64,000 nucleotides of DNA from an uncultured Acidobacteriaceae bacterium (GTDB lineage: Bacteria; Acidobacteriota; Terriglobia; Terriglobales; Acidobacteriaceae): positions 500,890-564,889 of the forward strand of contig CAWDLQ010000010.1 in the NCBI GenBank assembly GCA_963803095.1, given 5' to 3'. The notes under the pieces were generated by a model. It saw nothing but the letters and a program-made list of their open reading frames with translations, was not told the origin of the DNA and did not search any database. A program made the position numbers and the translations under genes. Every line of letters begins with the position of its first letter. Position 1 is the stretch's first letter. Shown here piece by piece: positions 46,037-57,301 of this stretch.

Positions 46037-48470
46037 GCAACGTCGAGACACTTCCCGTGGCGGCTTCCAACTCGTCAAGCAAGCAAGGGCATTTTGAGCC
46101 GCTGACCGCCGATGAAATAAGAAAGATGAATGCCTACTGGCGCGCGTGTAATTATCTCTCCGCCGGCATGCTGTACCTGTGCCACAACCCTCTCTTGCGC
46201 GAGCCCTTAAAGCCAGAACACATCAAGAACCGGCTGCTCGGGCATTGGGGGTCCGACCCGGGTCAAAGCTTTATCTGGGTTCATATGAACCGGCTGATCA
46301 AGAAGTACGACCTGAACATGATCTACCTTTCTGGTCCTGGGCATGGAGCGCCGGCAACCCTGTCCAACTGCTATCTCGAAGGCGTGTACTCGGAGGTTTA
46401 TCCCGAGAAGAGTCAGGATGTGGAGGGACTGCACAAGTTTCTCAAGCAATTCTCCTTTCCCGGAGGGATCGGCAGCCATTGCACGCCGGAAACTCCCGGG
46501 TCGATTCATGAGGGCGGCGAGCTGGGATATAGCATTTCCCATGCGTTTGGAGCGGCCTTCGACAATCCCGACCTGATCGTGACCGTGGCCGTCGGCGATG
46601 GCGAATCGGAAACCGGGCCGCTGGCCACCAGTTGGCACTCCAACAAATTTCTCAACCCGGTGCGCGACGGAGCCGTGCTTCCCATTCTGCATTTGAATGG
46701 ATACAAGATTGCGAACCCCACCATCCTCGCCCGCATCCCGGCTGACGAGCTGGACATGCTCTTCAAGGGCCTGGGATGGACACCCCATGTTGTGGAAGGC
46801 GATGACCCGGAGCGGATGCACGCCAAAATGGCCGAAGTGATGGAAGGCTGCATCCTCGATATCCAGGCGATTCAGGACAAAGCGCGCAAGGCGCCGGCGG
46901 GGCAGATCAGTCGAGCGGCCGAAGTGGCCCATGATCATTCTTCGCACCCCCAAAGGCTGGACCGGTCCCAAGACGGTAGATGGGCATAAGGTCGAGGGCT
47001 TCTGGCGGGCGCACCAGATTCCCATTCTCGATCCGCAGACCAACCCTGAGAACCTGGCCAAGCTGGAAGCCTGGCTACGCAGCTATAAGCCGGAGGAGTT
47101 GTTTGACCAATCGGGGCGGTTGATCGAGGAGCTGCGCGAGATGGCGCCGGTGGGCACGCGCCGCATCACCGCCAACCCCCATGCCAATGGCGGCCTGTTG
47201 CGCCGCCCCTGGATATGCCTGACTTCCGCGACTATGCCGTCAAGGTAGACGCACCGGGCCAGGTGGAAGTACTCATCCACCGACGTCATGGCGCATTTCC
47301 TACGCGATGTGATGCGGCGCAACATGACCAGCTTCCGCGTCTTCGGTCCCGATGAAACCGCCTCCAACAAACTGCAGGCCATCTACGAGGCCAGCGGCAA
47401 GACGTGGTTGGAAGAGATGCTGCCTGAAGATTCAGACGGCGGCTTCCTGGCCAACGACGGGCGGGTGATGGAGATGCTGAGCGAGCACACCCTCGAAGGA
47501 TGGTTTGAGGGTTACGTGCTCACCGGGCGGCATGGCTTCTTCTCTTCCTACGAGGCCTTCGTGCACATCATCGACTCCATGTTCAACCAGCATGCCAAGT
47601 GGCTGGAGAAGAGCAAGCTGGAGATCCGGTGGCGCGCGCCCATCTCCTCCTTAAACCTGCTGATCACCTCGTTGGTGTGGCGGCAGGACCACAACGGCTT
47701 CACCCATCAGGATCCTGGATTTCTGGATGTGGTAACCAACAAGAGCCCGGAGGTGACGCGGATTTATCTTCCCCCGGATGGGAACTGCCTGCTGAGCGTG
47801 GCCGACCACTGCCTGCGCAGCACCAACTACGTGAACGTGATCGTCGCTGATAAGGCGCTCCATCTGCAGTATCTGACCATGGAAGCCGCGGTCGAGCACT
47901 GCACCAAGGGCATCGGCATCTGGGACTGGGCCAGCACCGACGCTGGTGAGGAGCCGGATGCGGTGATCGCGTGTGCGGGCGATATTCCCACCTCCGAGGG
48001 GCTGGCGGCGGTAGCCATTCTGCGCGAGCGCTGCCCGCGACCTGAAGATACGGTTCATCAACGTGGTCGACTTGTTCCGGCTAATGCCGGCCAGCGAACA
48101 CCCTCACGGCATGTCTGATCGCGAGTTCGACGGCCTGTTTACGAAAAGCAAACCGGTAATCTTCAACTTCCACGCCTATGCCTCGCTGATTCACAAGCTG
48201 ACTTACCGCCGCACCAACCACGCGAACTTTCACGTTCGTGGCTATAAGGAGAAGGGCAACATCAACACCCCACTGGAGCTTGCGATTTTGAACCAGACAG
48301 ATCGCTTCAATCTGGCGATTGATGTGATCGAGCGTGTGCCCGCATTGGAGGAGAAGGGTGCTCATACCGTGGACTGGTTGAAGGGCCAGATCATCAAGGC
48401 CGTCAACTACGCGCACGAGAACGGGATCGATCAGAAAGAAATCCGAGAATGGAAGTGGCCGCTGAAGTAG
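46033..48470 (+). pseudogene. xfp: Phosphoketolase (xylulose-5-P/fructose-6-P), at least 4 apparent frameshifts
   Basis: Fragments 45958..46989 (true ATG at 46033), 46931..47248, 47288..48118 and 48063..48470. Motifs include '[11 protein letters not shown]', '[24 protein letters not shown]' and '[11 protein letters not shown]'. The shifts fall near 46.92, 47.21, 47.27 and 48.05 kb. Confidence 0.85.
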
Positions 48471-48479
48471 CTACCGTAT

Positions 48480-49080
48480 AGCCTGTGATTCGGGCGGCTG
48501 CTCGGCTGCGCTCGGGATGACAAAGGGGAGGGCGACGCTTCCATGGGGAGTGGTTGCTGGACAGAAGGCGTTTTTCATCACCTTGGGTGGGCGAAGGCCC
48601 ATGACTCTGTCGAAAAACATTTCCACGAAAGGTCCGCTGAACTGCAGATCCCTCGGCTGCGCTCGGGATGACAAAGGGGAGGGCGACGCTTCCATGGGGA
48701 GTAGTGGCTGAGCAGAAGGGAGCTGAGGTCCCTTTTTATCCCCAAGGTGATGAAAAACGCCTTCTGTCCACCAACCGCTCTCCATGGAAGCGTCGCCCTC
48801 TCCTTTGTCATCCCGAGCGTACCCGGATTTCCTGCCACGCTGCGCCGGACACGATCGCGTGTGCGCCTTTCAGTAAGGAAAGGCGCATGGAGTTCGCCAA
48901 CGCCACCAAGTTTTACAGGAAATCCGGGGCAGCCGAGGGATCTGCAGTTCAGCGGACCTCTCGTGGAAATGTTTTTCGGCAGACCGTAGCGGAGTAGAAA
49001 GGTCTGCGGTTTTCATTTTCAGGCCGTCCCTTTCGGACTTGACCCGGAGACAGTCCAGCCCCGGAACCCCTAAGCTCACC
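48480..49080. repeat. Dense mosaic of palindromic repeat modules (three GGGATGACAAAGGGGAGGGCGACGCTTCC-type copies, one carrying a nested ~112-bp element at 48819-48930)
   Basis: Direct comparison with 56.05-56.49 kb, 34.4-34.65 kb and 9.55 kb. All small ORFs here are repeat translations. Confidence 0.8.
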
Positions 49081-49136
49081 AATGCGAAGCATTTCGTTGA
49101 CTTGCCTTCTTCCCTCCCCTACGCTAACGCCTGAGT

Positions 49137-51764
49137 ATGATCGGCGAAACCGTCTCCCATTATCGAGTGGTCGAAAAACTTGGCGGTGGGGGAATGGGCG
49201 TAGTGTACAAGGCCGAGGACAGCCGCCTGGGCCGCTTCGTCGCGCTCAAATTCTTGCCGGATGAGGTCGCCCGCCAGCTTCCTGTGCTCGACCGGTTCCG
49301 CCGCGAGGCCCGCGCTGCCTCGGCTCTGAACCACCCCAACATCTGCACCATCTATGACGTCGGCGAAGAGCAAGGCCGGGCCTTTCTGGCCATGGAATTT
49401 CTCGAAGGACAGACGCTCAAGCACCGCATCGACGGCAAGCCTCTGCCCATCGACTTCGTCCTCGACCTCGGCATCCAGATCGCGGACGCGCTCGATGCCG
49501 CCCATGCCAAAGGCATCGTTCACCGCGACATCAAGCCGGCGAACATCTTCATCACCAAAACACGGCAGGCCAAGCTGCTCGATTTCGGGTCTGGCGAAGA
49601 TCGACGCCCGCCGCGACTTGAATGCGACCGCAGATGGCGAGACGCTGAAAGACCTGACCAGCCCCGGCAGCGCCCTCGGAACCGTCGCCTACATGTCTCC
49701 CGAGCAGGCGCGGGGAGAAGAACTCGACGGCCGCACGGACCTCTTTTCCCTTGGCGCCACACTCTACGAGATGACCACCGGCAGGCCGGCCTTCGACGGC
49801 AATACGTCGGCGGTCATCTTTGAAAGCATTCTCAACCGGAATCCGGTTCCGCCCCGCCAACTCAATCCTGACCTGCCGCCGCAGTTCGAGCGCATTCTCG
49901 ATCGGGCGCTGGAAAAGGACCGCGACCTGCGCTATCAATCCGCGGCGGAAATGCGCGCCGAGATGAAGATCCTCAAGCGCGACCTTGGATTCCCAACGCA
50001 CGGCGGCCGCCCAACCTTCGTCTTTCTCTGGCACTGCGGTCGCCGCTCCACCAGATCGTGTGATTCCTGCCAGAAAATCAGCCGGTCTGCGACCCTTTGC
50101 CATTCTGGCCGCCGTCTCGGCACTATTCGCCGGCTTGGCGCTCGGCTGGTTTTGGCATGCTGCCCACAGCCGGACGGAACCACCCGTCTATCAACAGATG
50201 ACCTTCCGCAGGGGCACGGTTCGCTCTGCCCGCTTCACACCCAACGGCCAGTCGGTTGTCTACGGCGCAGCCTGGGAGGGCAAACCGACCGAGCTGTTCA
50301 TCACCAGCCCGGAAAGCCCGCAGTCCCGATCGCTGGAACGGCATGGCGAGGAACTAATGAGCATCTCCTCTACCGGCGACATCGCCCTGCTGACCAACGT
50401 AAACGTCACCGGCACCTACACCCAGGCCGGAACCCTTGCCCGGATGCCCATCAACGGTGGCGATCCCCGCGAAATCCTCGACGGAGTTCAGTGGGCGGAC
50501 TGGTCTCCGGACGGCAAGCAACTGGCCATCGTCCGCGACATGGGAGGCAAGAACCGTCTCGAGTTCCCTATCGGCAAGGTGATCCATGAGACTCCCGGTT
50601 GGATCGGCCATCCTCGTGTTTCCCCGGATGGAGAGCGGGTCGCTTTTCTCGAGCACCCCCAGGTTGGCGACGACTCTGGCGGGGTTCACGTGATCGATAG
50701 TCGAGGCTCAGACAAAGTCCTCACCGATAATTTCTTGAGCGTGGAGGGGCTGGCCTGGGCTCCGGACGGCAAGCAAATCTGGTTCACGGGAAGCGTCACC
50801 GGCGGCAACGCCCGGTCCCTAACGCAGTGAGCCTTGGTGGACGCGAGCGGATTGTCGCCCGGGTGCCGGCCGCGCTCCAACTGGAAGACATCTGCGCAGG
50901 ACGGTAAAATCCTTCTCTCCCGGCAAAGCTGGCGGCGGGAGTTGAGCGGACTGATCGCTGGCATGACGAAGGAGCAGGACTTCTCCTGGCTCGACTACTC
51001 TTTCCCCGCCGAATTGTCGACCGATGGCAAGCGGCTTCTTTTCGACGAAGAAGGCAGCGGTGGGGGTGCCGGTTACTCCGTCTACCTGCGCAAGACCGCC
51101 GACGATTCCGCGGTGAGGCTCGGGGACGGCGAATCGGTCACCTTATCGCCCGATGGCCGATCGGTTCTTGCTCTTACCATGTCCTCGCCGGCACAGCTCA
51201 TCCTGCTGCCCAGCGGCGCAGGCGATGCGCAGCAGATCACCCACGACAATCTTTACCATAGCTGGGCGCGCTGGCTGCCTGACAGCCGCGGGATCGTCTT
51301 CACCGCCAAGCAGGAGGGTCACGGTGCGCGCATCTATCTCCAGCAATCCACGTCAGATCAGGCAAAGCCAATTTCTCCCGAGGGCATCGACCCTTTGGTA
51401 CTGGCCCTTGCCCCCGACGGAACCCAGGTCGCTGGCATCGGACCGGATGGAAAGGCGTATCTCTACTCCCTCACCGGTGGTGAGACCAAATCCGTTCCCA
51501 GGTCTACTGCCCAGTGAGCAGCCGATTGAATGGTCAGCCGATGGTAAGTCCCTCTATGTCTATCGCCCCGGTGAGTTCCCCGCAAAGGTTTCTCAACTGG
51601 ATTTGGTCACCGGCAAACGTACCCTCTGGCGGAGCCTGGCGCCCGCAGACCCAGCCGGAGTAAGCCAGATCGGGCCCATCGTCATGACACCCGACGGCGC
51701 CTCCTATATCTACGGCTACCATCGCACGCTTTCAGATCTCTACCTGGTGGAAGGATTGAAGTAA
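49137..51764 (+). pseudogene. Ser/Thr protein kinase fused to a TM segment and a TolB/WD40-like beta-propeller domain, at least 5 apparent frameshifts
   Basis: The kinase subdomains read '[12 protein letters not shown]', '[10 protein letters not shown]', 'DFG(L)AK' (a 1-nt insertion at about 49.59 kb) and '[10 protein letters not shown]'. Propeller-like repeats follow ('WSPDGKQLA', 'VSPDGERVAF', 'LSPDGRSVL'), spread over ORFs 49137.., 49354.., 49985.., 50834.. and 51153..51764. Confidence 0.8.
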
Positions 51765-51775
51765 GAAACCCACCC

Positions 51776-52593
51776 ATGGCGGAGATATCAAGACTCTCCT
51801 TAAACCAGATCACCATTGCCAACTGGAGCGTACCCCAGGCGGTCGAGGGCTGCGTGCGCCACGGCATCCCTTCCATCGCGCTCTGGCGGCACAAGATCGA
51901 GGAGGCCGGCCTTGCCTCCTGCGTGCGCCTGGTGCAGGATGCAGGGCTGCATGTCTCCAGCGTTTGCCGCGGAGGCATGTTCCCCAGCCCTACCGCGGCC
52001 GGCCGGCAAAAAAGTCTGGAGGACAACTACCGCGGCGGTCGATGAGGCAGCCGCGCTCCAGGCCGATTCGCTGGTGCTGGTGGTGGGCGGCGTCCCCGGA
52101 AGTGGGCCTCGCCGATGCCAGAAAGATGGTTGCGGACGGAGTCGCTGCCCTGGTTCCCTACGCGCGCCAGCACGGCGTTAAGCTCGGCCTGGAGCCGCTT
52201 CATCCCATGTACGCGGCCGAGCGCTCGGTGCTGGTCACCATCGGCCAGGCGCTCGAACTGGCGTCCGCTTATACTCCGCAGGAAGTCGGGCTGGTCCTGG
52301 ATGTTTTTCACATCTGGTGGGATCCGCAGGTGCTGGCTTTGATTGCCCAATCCAGCGGGCAGAATCTACGGCTTCCATGTCAACGACTGGCTGGTTCCCC
52401 TGCCCGACCTGCTCATGGGCAGGGGAATGATGGGCGACGGAGTGATCGATAACCGCGATGCTGCGGCTGGCGGTTGACCAGGCAGGGTACGACGGGCCAA
52501 TCGAAGTGGAGATTTTTAACCGCGTCATCTGGGATAGCGATCCGGACCAGGTGCTTGCAGCAAATGATCGACCGGTTTATCGCATTTGTCTGA
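51776..52593 (+). pseudogene. Sugar phosphate isomerase/epimerase (xylose isomerase-like TIM barrel), at least 4 apparent frameshifts
   Basis: 'LSLNQITIANWSVPQAVEGCVRHGIPSIALWRHK' starts the gene. It continues in other frames through 'HGVKLGLEPLHPMY', 'GFHVNDW' and 'YDGPIEVEIFN' to the stop at 52591-52593. Confidence 0.7.
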
Positions 52594-52604
52594 AAGGAGA
52601 AAGG

Positions 52605-53978
52605 TTGGAATCGAATCAAACCTTGAACGCAAAGGATTTATTGCCGGCTGTCGCATCGCGCGCTGGAGCTGGCGTCAAAGAAAACTCTCACCCTCGACCG
52701 GCGTTGGAAGGCCAGCGACGGCGCCCCCGTCATCACCATTGCCGGCCGCTACTACAGCCCGCAGCTGGACCCAGTGGACCCAGGGATTTCAATACGGCAA
52801 TGCCCTGCTGTGCTTCGATCTGACCGGGGACCGCGGATCTACTGGCCATGGCGCAGCGGCACGTGGTGGCCGACATGGCGGAGCATCTTGACCCACACCG
52901 GGGTGCACGATCACGGCTTCAACAACATCTCCACCTACGGCAACCTGCGCCGTCTGATGCTCGAGGGCCGCATTCCCGCGAACCAAGGGGAGATGAATTT
53001 TTATGAGCTCGCCCTCAAAGTAAGTGGTGCGGTGCAAGCCGCGCGTTGGACTCAGCCTTCTGGATGGCCTCGGCTACATCTACTCGTTCAATGGCAGCCA
53101 GTCCCTCTTTATCGATACCATTCGCACCCTGCGCATCTGTTGTGTGGCGCACATGCTGGGCCACGCCTGCAGGGGGAGCAGGACCAGCGAGTCGAATCTG
53201 CTGGATCGGGCGTTGATCCACGCAAAAACCTCGGCCCGCTACAACATCTATTACGGCGAGGGACGCGATCACTACGATGTGCCTGAGCTGCGCGGCCGAA
53301 CCGTGCATGAAGCGCTCTTCAATCCGGCCAGCGGCGTCTTCCGCGCACCTGGCGTCGCAACAGGGCTATTCGCCGTTCACTACCTGGACCCGAGGCCTGG
53401 CGTGGGGAATGCTTGGCTTCCCCGAGCTGATGGAGTTCGTCCAGATCTTCTGCCGGACCAGCATGGGCATAGCATGGCTTTTTGGAAGGAGGCCGCTCGA
53501 CGCGGCCTGCTGTGACTTCTACATCCAGCAAGCGAGCGCACTCGATGGCATCTGCTATTGGGATACGGGGGCGCCCCAGTTGCACCGGCTCGGCGACTGG
53601 CAGGCCAAACCGGCCGATCCATACAACGACTACGAGCCAGTCGACGCCTCTGCCAGCGCCATCGCAGCCCAGGGATTGATTCGTCTCGGGCATCTACTTG
53701 GAACAGCGGGCGAAGCCTACACCCAGGCCGGGCTGACCATCGCCGCGCGATTGCTGCAGGAGCCTTATCTCTCCCTCCAAGCCGATCACGAAGGCCTGCT
53801 GTTGCACAGCATCTACCATCGCCCGAACGGATGGGACTATATCCCTCCCGGAGCCAAGGTTCCATGCGGTGAGTCCAGCATGTGGGGCGACTACCATCTG
53901 CTGGAGCTCTGCCTGCTGATCACCAGGATCGCGAACTCCGGTTACTACACTTTCTTCGGAGCAGACAATGCGGGTTGA
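52605..53978 (+). pseudogene. Glycoside hydrolase family 88-like (unsaturated glucuronyl hydrolase-like) protein, multiple apparent frameshifts
   Basis: Pieces across three frames read 'WTQWTQGFQYGNALLCFD', 'HTGVHDHGFNNISTYGNL', 'GRDHYDV...GRTVHEALFN' and 'QQGYSPFTTWTRGLAWGMLGF...SSMWGDYHLLEL'. The TTG start at 52605 is tentative. Confidence 0.6.
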
Positions 53979-54737
53979 AAATAAGGTGGCGCTGGTTACC
54001 GGCGGCACCCGGGGAATCGGTCTGGGCATCGCACGCAAGCTGGCAGAGGCCGGCTTCACCCTTGCGATTACCGGCAGGCGGGCGGCCGATCAAGTGCAGC
54101 CGGTACTGGAACAGTTAAAAAAACACAGCCAGCATTCCATCTATGTGCAGGCCGATGTTGCGTCGGCTTCAGACCGGCATGCGACTCTTGCAGACCGTGG
54201 AAGCGCAGCTTGGCAGGTTGGATGTTCTGGTCAACAACGCCGGTATCGCGCCCCGCGTCCGGCGCCGACGTGCTCGAAGCCAGCGAAGAAAGCTTCGACG
54301 AGCTGATCGCGACCAATCTGCGCGGACCTTATTTCCTCACCCAGAGCGTTGCCTCCTGGATGATTCGCCAGCGCACGCGGGGAGGTTCGATCATCAACAT
54401 CAGTTCTGTGTCGGCCACCGTCGCCAGCGTGAACCGGGGCGACTACTGCATCTCCAAGGCAGGCATCGCCATGGCTACAAAGCTGTGGGCGGTGCGGCTG
54501 GCGGAGTACGGCATCGGTGTGTACGAGGTGCGTCCCGGCATCATCGAAACCGACATGACCGAGGGGGTTAAGGGTAAGTACGACGCTCTGATCGAAGGCG
54601 GTATTCTGCTCGAGAAGCGATGGGGAACCCCGGAGGATGTGGGTACAGCGGTCAGCGTGCTGGCGCGCGGGGAAGTTCCTTATGCAACCGGAGCCGTTCT
54701 GGTTCTGGATGGCGGTCTAACCTTAGCGAGACTATAG
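53968..54737 (+). pseudogene. SDR family oxidoreductase (KduD/FabG-like), at least 2 apparent frameshifts
   Basis: '[16 protein letters not shown]' opens the gene (53968..). The C-terminal part in ORF 54210..54737 carries 'NISSVSA' and 'YCISKAG' (YxxxK). The start overlaps the preceding gene's end. Confidence 0.75.
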
Positions 54738-54771
54738 ATGAAATGGATGAAGGAGTCCCGGACGGTCTCGG

Positions 54772-55986
54772 GTGCGGCCACGCATCGAGAGCCCGACGGA
54801 AACTGTATCGCCCCGGTGGGGGTTCGCCGTCTGTTCCGGGATCCTGGGCTGGATCCTCGATGCGTTCGACTTTTTCGTGCTCGTCTTCCTGGTGGATGTT
54901 CTCGCCAACAACTTTCACGTAGGCAAAGGCGACGTCGTCTGGACGATTACCATCACCTTGGCGATGCGGCCCGTTGGCGCGGTGGTCCTGGGTTCCCTGG
55001 CCGATCGCTATGGCCGCCGCCGCCCCTTGATCGCGTGCGTCCTGTACTTCTCCATCATCACGGCGTTCACTCCGTTCGCGCCCAGCTACGCCGTGTTCGT
55101 TTTCCTGCGCGCTCTTTATGGTATCGGCATGGGCGGATACTGGGGCATCGGCGCCTCCCTGGTTATGGAGAGCTCCCCGAAACGATGGCGCGGGCTTTTC
55201 TCCGGAATCATGCAGGCCGGCTACTCCGTGGGATACCTCCTGGCCGCGGTTGCTCTGCGTGTGATCGAACCCCGCTTCGGATGGAGGTGGATGTTTCTTT
55301 GCGGTCTGGGGCTCGCCGCCCTGATCGCGGTCCTCACCTTGCTCTCTCCCGAGTCTTCGTCCTGGCAGAAGCACCGCCTGGCCAGCATTGGTGAAGTGGC
55401 CCGGGTGCTCTGGCAGCACAAGAAGGATTTCGTATACCTGGTGCTGATGATGACCGCCATCACCTGCCTTTCGCACGGCACGCAGGACCTCTATCCAGAT
55501 TTTCTCAAGACTGTGCATCGCTTTTCGAACGCCGTGATCTCGAACCTCGCCATCCTGTACAACATCGGAGCCATCCTCGGTGCGCTGGTGATCGGCCATT
55601 ATTCGGACCGTCTTGGCCGGCGTTACGCCATCATTCTGGCTTTGATCCTCTGTGCGCTTTCCATTCCGCTATGGGCTTTCGGGTCGACGATCGTTATGCT
55701 TGCCATTGGATCGTTCATCATGCAGTTCGGTGTGCAGGGAGCCTTTGGCGTGATTCCTGCGCACCTGAACGAACTTTCCCCCAGCAGTGTGCGCAGCTTG
55801 TTTCCCGGCGTCGTCTACCAGCTTGGCGTATTGTGCGCGGCGCCGTCGGTGGTTGTGGAGTTCGCGCTACGCAAGCATCTCGGCTATCAATGGGCTCTGA
55901 CCGTCTTCGAAGTGTGTGTAATTCTCTGTCTCTTCCTGATTTTCGGCTTCGGTCCGGAGCGGAAAGGCCACGATTTCCATGCCTAG
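54772..55986 (+). CDS. MFS transporter
   Basis: 404 aa, about 12 TM. It has the 'GSLADRYGRRRPL' MFS loop 2-3 motif and a second 'SDRLGRRYA' motif. Confidence 0.85.
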   Translation: MRPRIESPTETVSPRWGFAVCSGILGWILDAFDFFVLVFLVDVLANNFHVGKGDVVWTITITLAMRPVGAVVLGSLADRYGRRRPLIACVLYFSIITAFTPFAPSYAVFVFLRALYGIGMGGYWGIGASLVMESSPKRWRGLFSGIMQAGYSVGYLLAAVALRVIEPRFGWRWMFLCGLGLAALIAVLTLLSPESSSWQKHRLASIGEVARVLWQHKKDFVYLVLMMTAITCLSHGTQDLYPDFLKTVHRFSNAVISNLAILYNIGAILGALVIGHYSDRLGRRYAIILALILCALSIPLWAFGSTIVMLAIGSFIMQFGVQGAFGVIPAHLNELSPSSVRSLFPGVVYQLGVLCAAPSVVVEFALRKHLGYQWALTVFEVCVILCLFLIFGFGPERKGHDFHA

Positions 55987-56049
55987 CTGCAAAAAGGGGC
56001 GGGTGGCCCATTCAAGCCTTGTTTTGGCTTGAGTGGGCAAGGGCCTTAC

Positions 56050-56490
56050 AGGTGCGGAAAAATCACTCTTGGGCAGGTCCGGGCTAAAGAGCGTGAGTGA
56101 GAACCCGAAGCTTTGGGGAGCCATCCGGGGCGCACTGCAGATCCCTCGGCTGCCCCGGATTTCCTGTAAAACTCGGTGGCGTTGGCGAACTTCATGCGCC
56201 TTTCCTTACTGGAAGGCGCACACGCGACCGTGTCCGGCGCAGCGTGGCAGGAAATCCGGGTACGCTCGGGATGACAAAGGAGAGGGGAGGGCTTCCATTG
56301 ACAGAGGCGAGGGGATGGCAGAGTGCGTGGTGCTGCTTCCGTCGCGAGGCATCTTCCATCCGTATCACGAACCCCAATGGAAGCGCTCCCCTCTCCTTTG
56401 TCATCCCGAGCGAAGCCGAGGGATCTGCAGTGCGCCCCGGATGGCTCCCCAAAGCTTCGGGTTCTCACTCACGCTCTTTAGCCCGGACGT
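56050..56490. repeat. ~415-bp nested palindrome (75-76 bp perfect outer arms 56076-56151 / 56414-56488) with a ~111-bp element (56152-56262) inserted in one arm
   Basis: I verified the arms by eye as reverse complements. An inner inverted pair 'GCTCGGGATGACAAAGGAGAGGGGAGGGCTTCCATTG' / 'CAATGGAAGCGCTCCCCTCTCCTTTGTCATCCCGAGC' is also present. The ORFs 56033..56569, 56046..56468 and 56097..56558 are mirror-image artefacts. Confidence 0.85.
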
Positions 56491-56562
56491 ACCCAATGGG
56501 CCACCCGCCATCTGCTTCCACTACAAAGTTGCCATCCCACACCGGCAACCTAATATAAAGCG

Positions 56563-57301
56563 ATGCTGAGCGAAGACCAGCGCGAGCGCTTGACTGTAGT
56601 GCTGGTGCGGGCGCGCAACCCCAACAATATCGGCGCCGTAGCGAGGGCCATGCACGGTTTCGGCTTTACCGATCTGCGCCTGGTAAACGAATACTCAGTA
56701 GCCCTCGAGAAAGCGCGATCAGCCGTAGATGCGTCCTCCATCCTTGCGGAAGCCCGGGAGTTCGCAACCGTCGCAGATGCGGTGGCCGACTGCAGCCTGG
56801 TGGTGGGCACGACAGCGGTGGGGGAACGAAAACGGGAACATCCGTTGCACACCCTGGCCGAAGCGGGCACTCTATTGCACCGTGCGACGGAGACCGCGCG
56901 TATAGCCCTGCTCTTTGGATCGGAGAAGACGGGGCTGAGCAACGACGCCCTGAGCCACTGCCACTGGCTCCTGACCATCCCCATGCACCCCAGCCCGGGT
57001 CAGCGGCATGCGTCGATGAATCTCGGCCAGGCCGCAGCCGTATGCCTCTACGAATTGATCCGGCACGCGGAAATGCCGCCACAGCCCAAACCACAGCCGA
57101 TGGCGAACGCGGAGGATCTGGAACGCGTAACCTGCCTTGCTAGGCGAAATGCTGTCACACATCGGATACGCCCACCGTCGCCCTGCCAGCGCCGATCCCG
57201 TTGCAGTGCGGCGGATGGTGCGGCGCTTGAACCTGAGCCAGTCCGATGCCCGGCGATGGATCGGCATCCTTCGTCAACTCTTGTGGAAGCTTAGCGAGTG
57301 A
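56563..57301 (+). pseudogene. SpoU-class tRNA/rRNA 2'-O-methyltransferase (TrmJ-like), one apparent frameshift near 57.14 kb
   Basis: 'LTVVLVRARNPNNIGAVARAMHGFGFTDLRLV', 'ALLFGSEKTGLSND' and 'IPMHPSPGQRHASMNLGQAAAVCLYE' are present. The C-terminus continues in another frame ('...RRMVRRLNLSQSDARRWIGILRQLLWKLSE*'). Confidence 0.75.

Noticed and set aside
54652-55599. 315-aa minus-strand ORF
   Set aside because: It is antisense to the MFS transporter. It has a charged, low-complexity composition and no domain.
56033-56569. ORFs of 140-178 aa on both strands (56033..56569, 56046..56468, 56097..56558); also small ORFs at 48471..48997
   Set aside because: They lie entirely within palindromic repeat mosaics. 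The plus and minus translations mirror each other (for example, both contain 'MRTRSFGEPSGAHCRSLG'), which is the signature of a palindrome and not of a gene.
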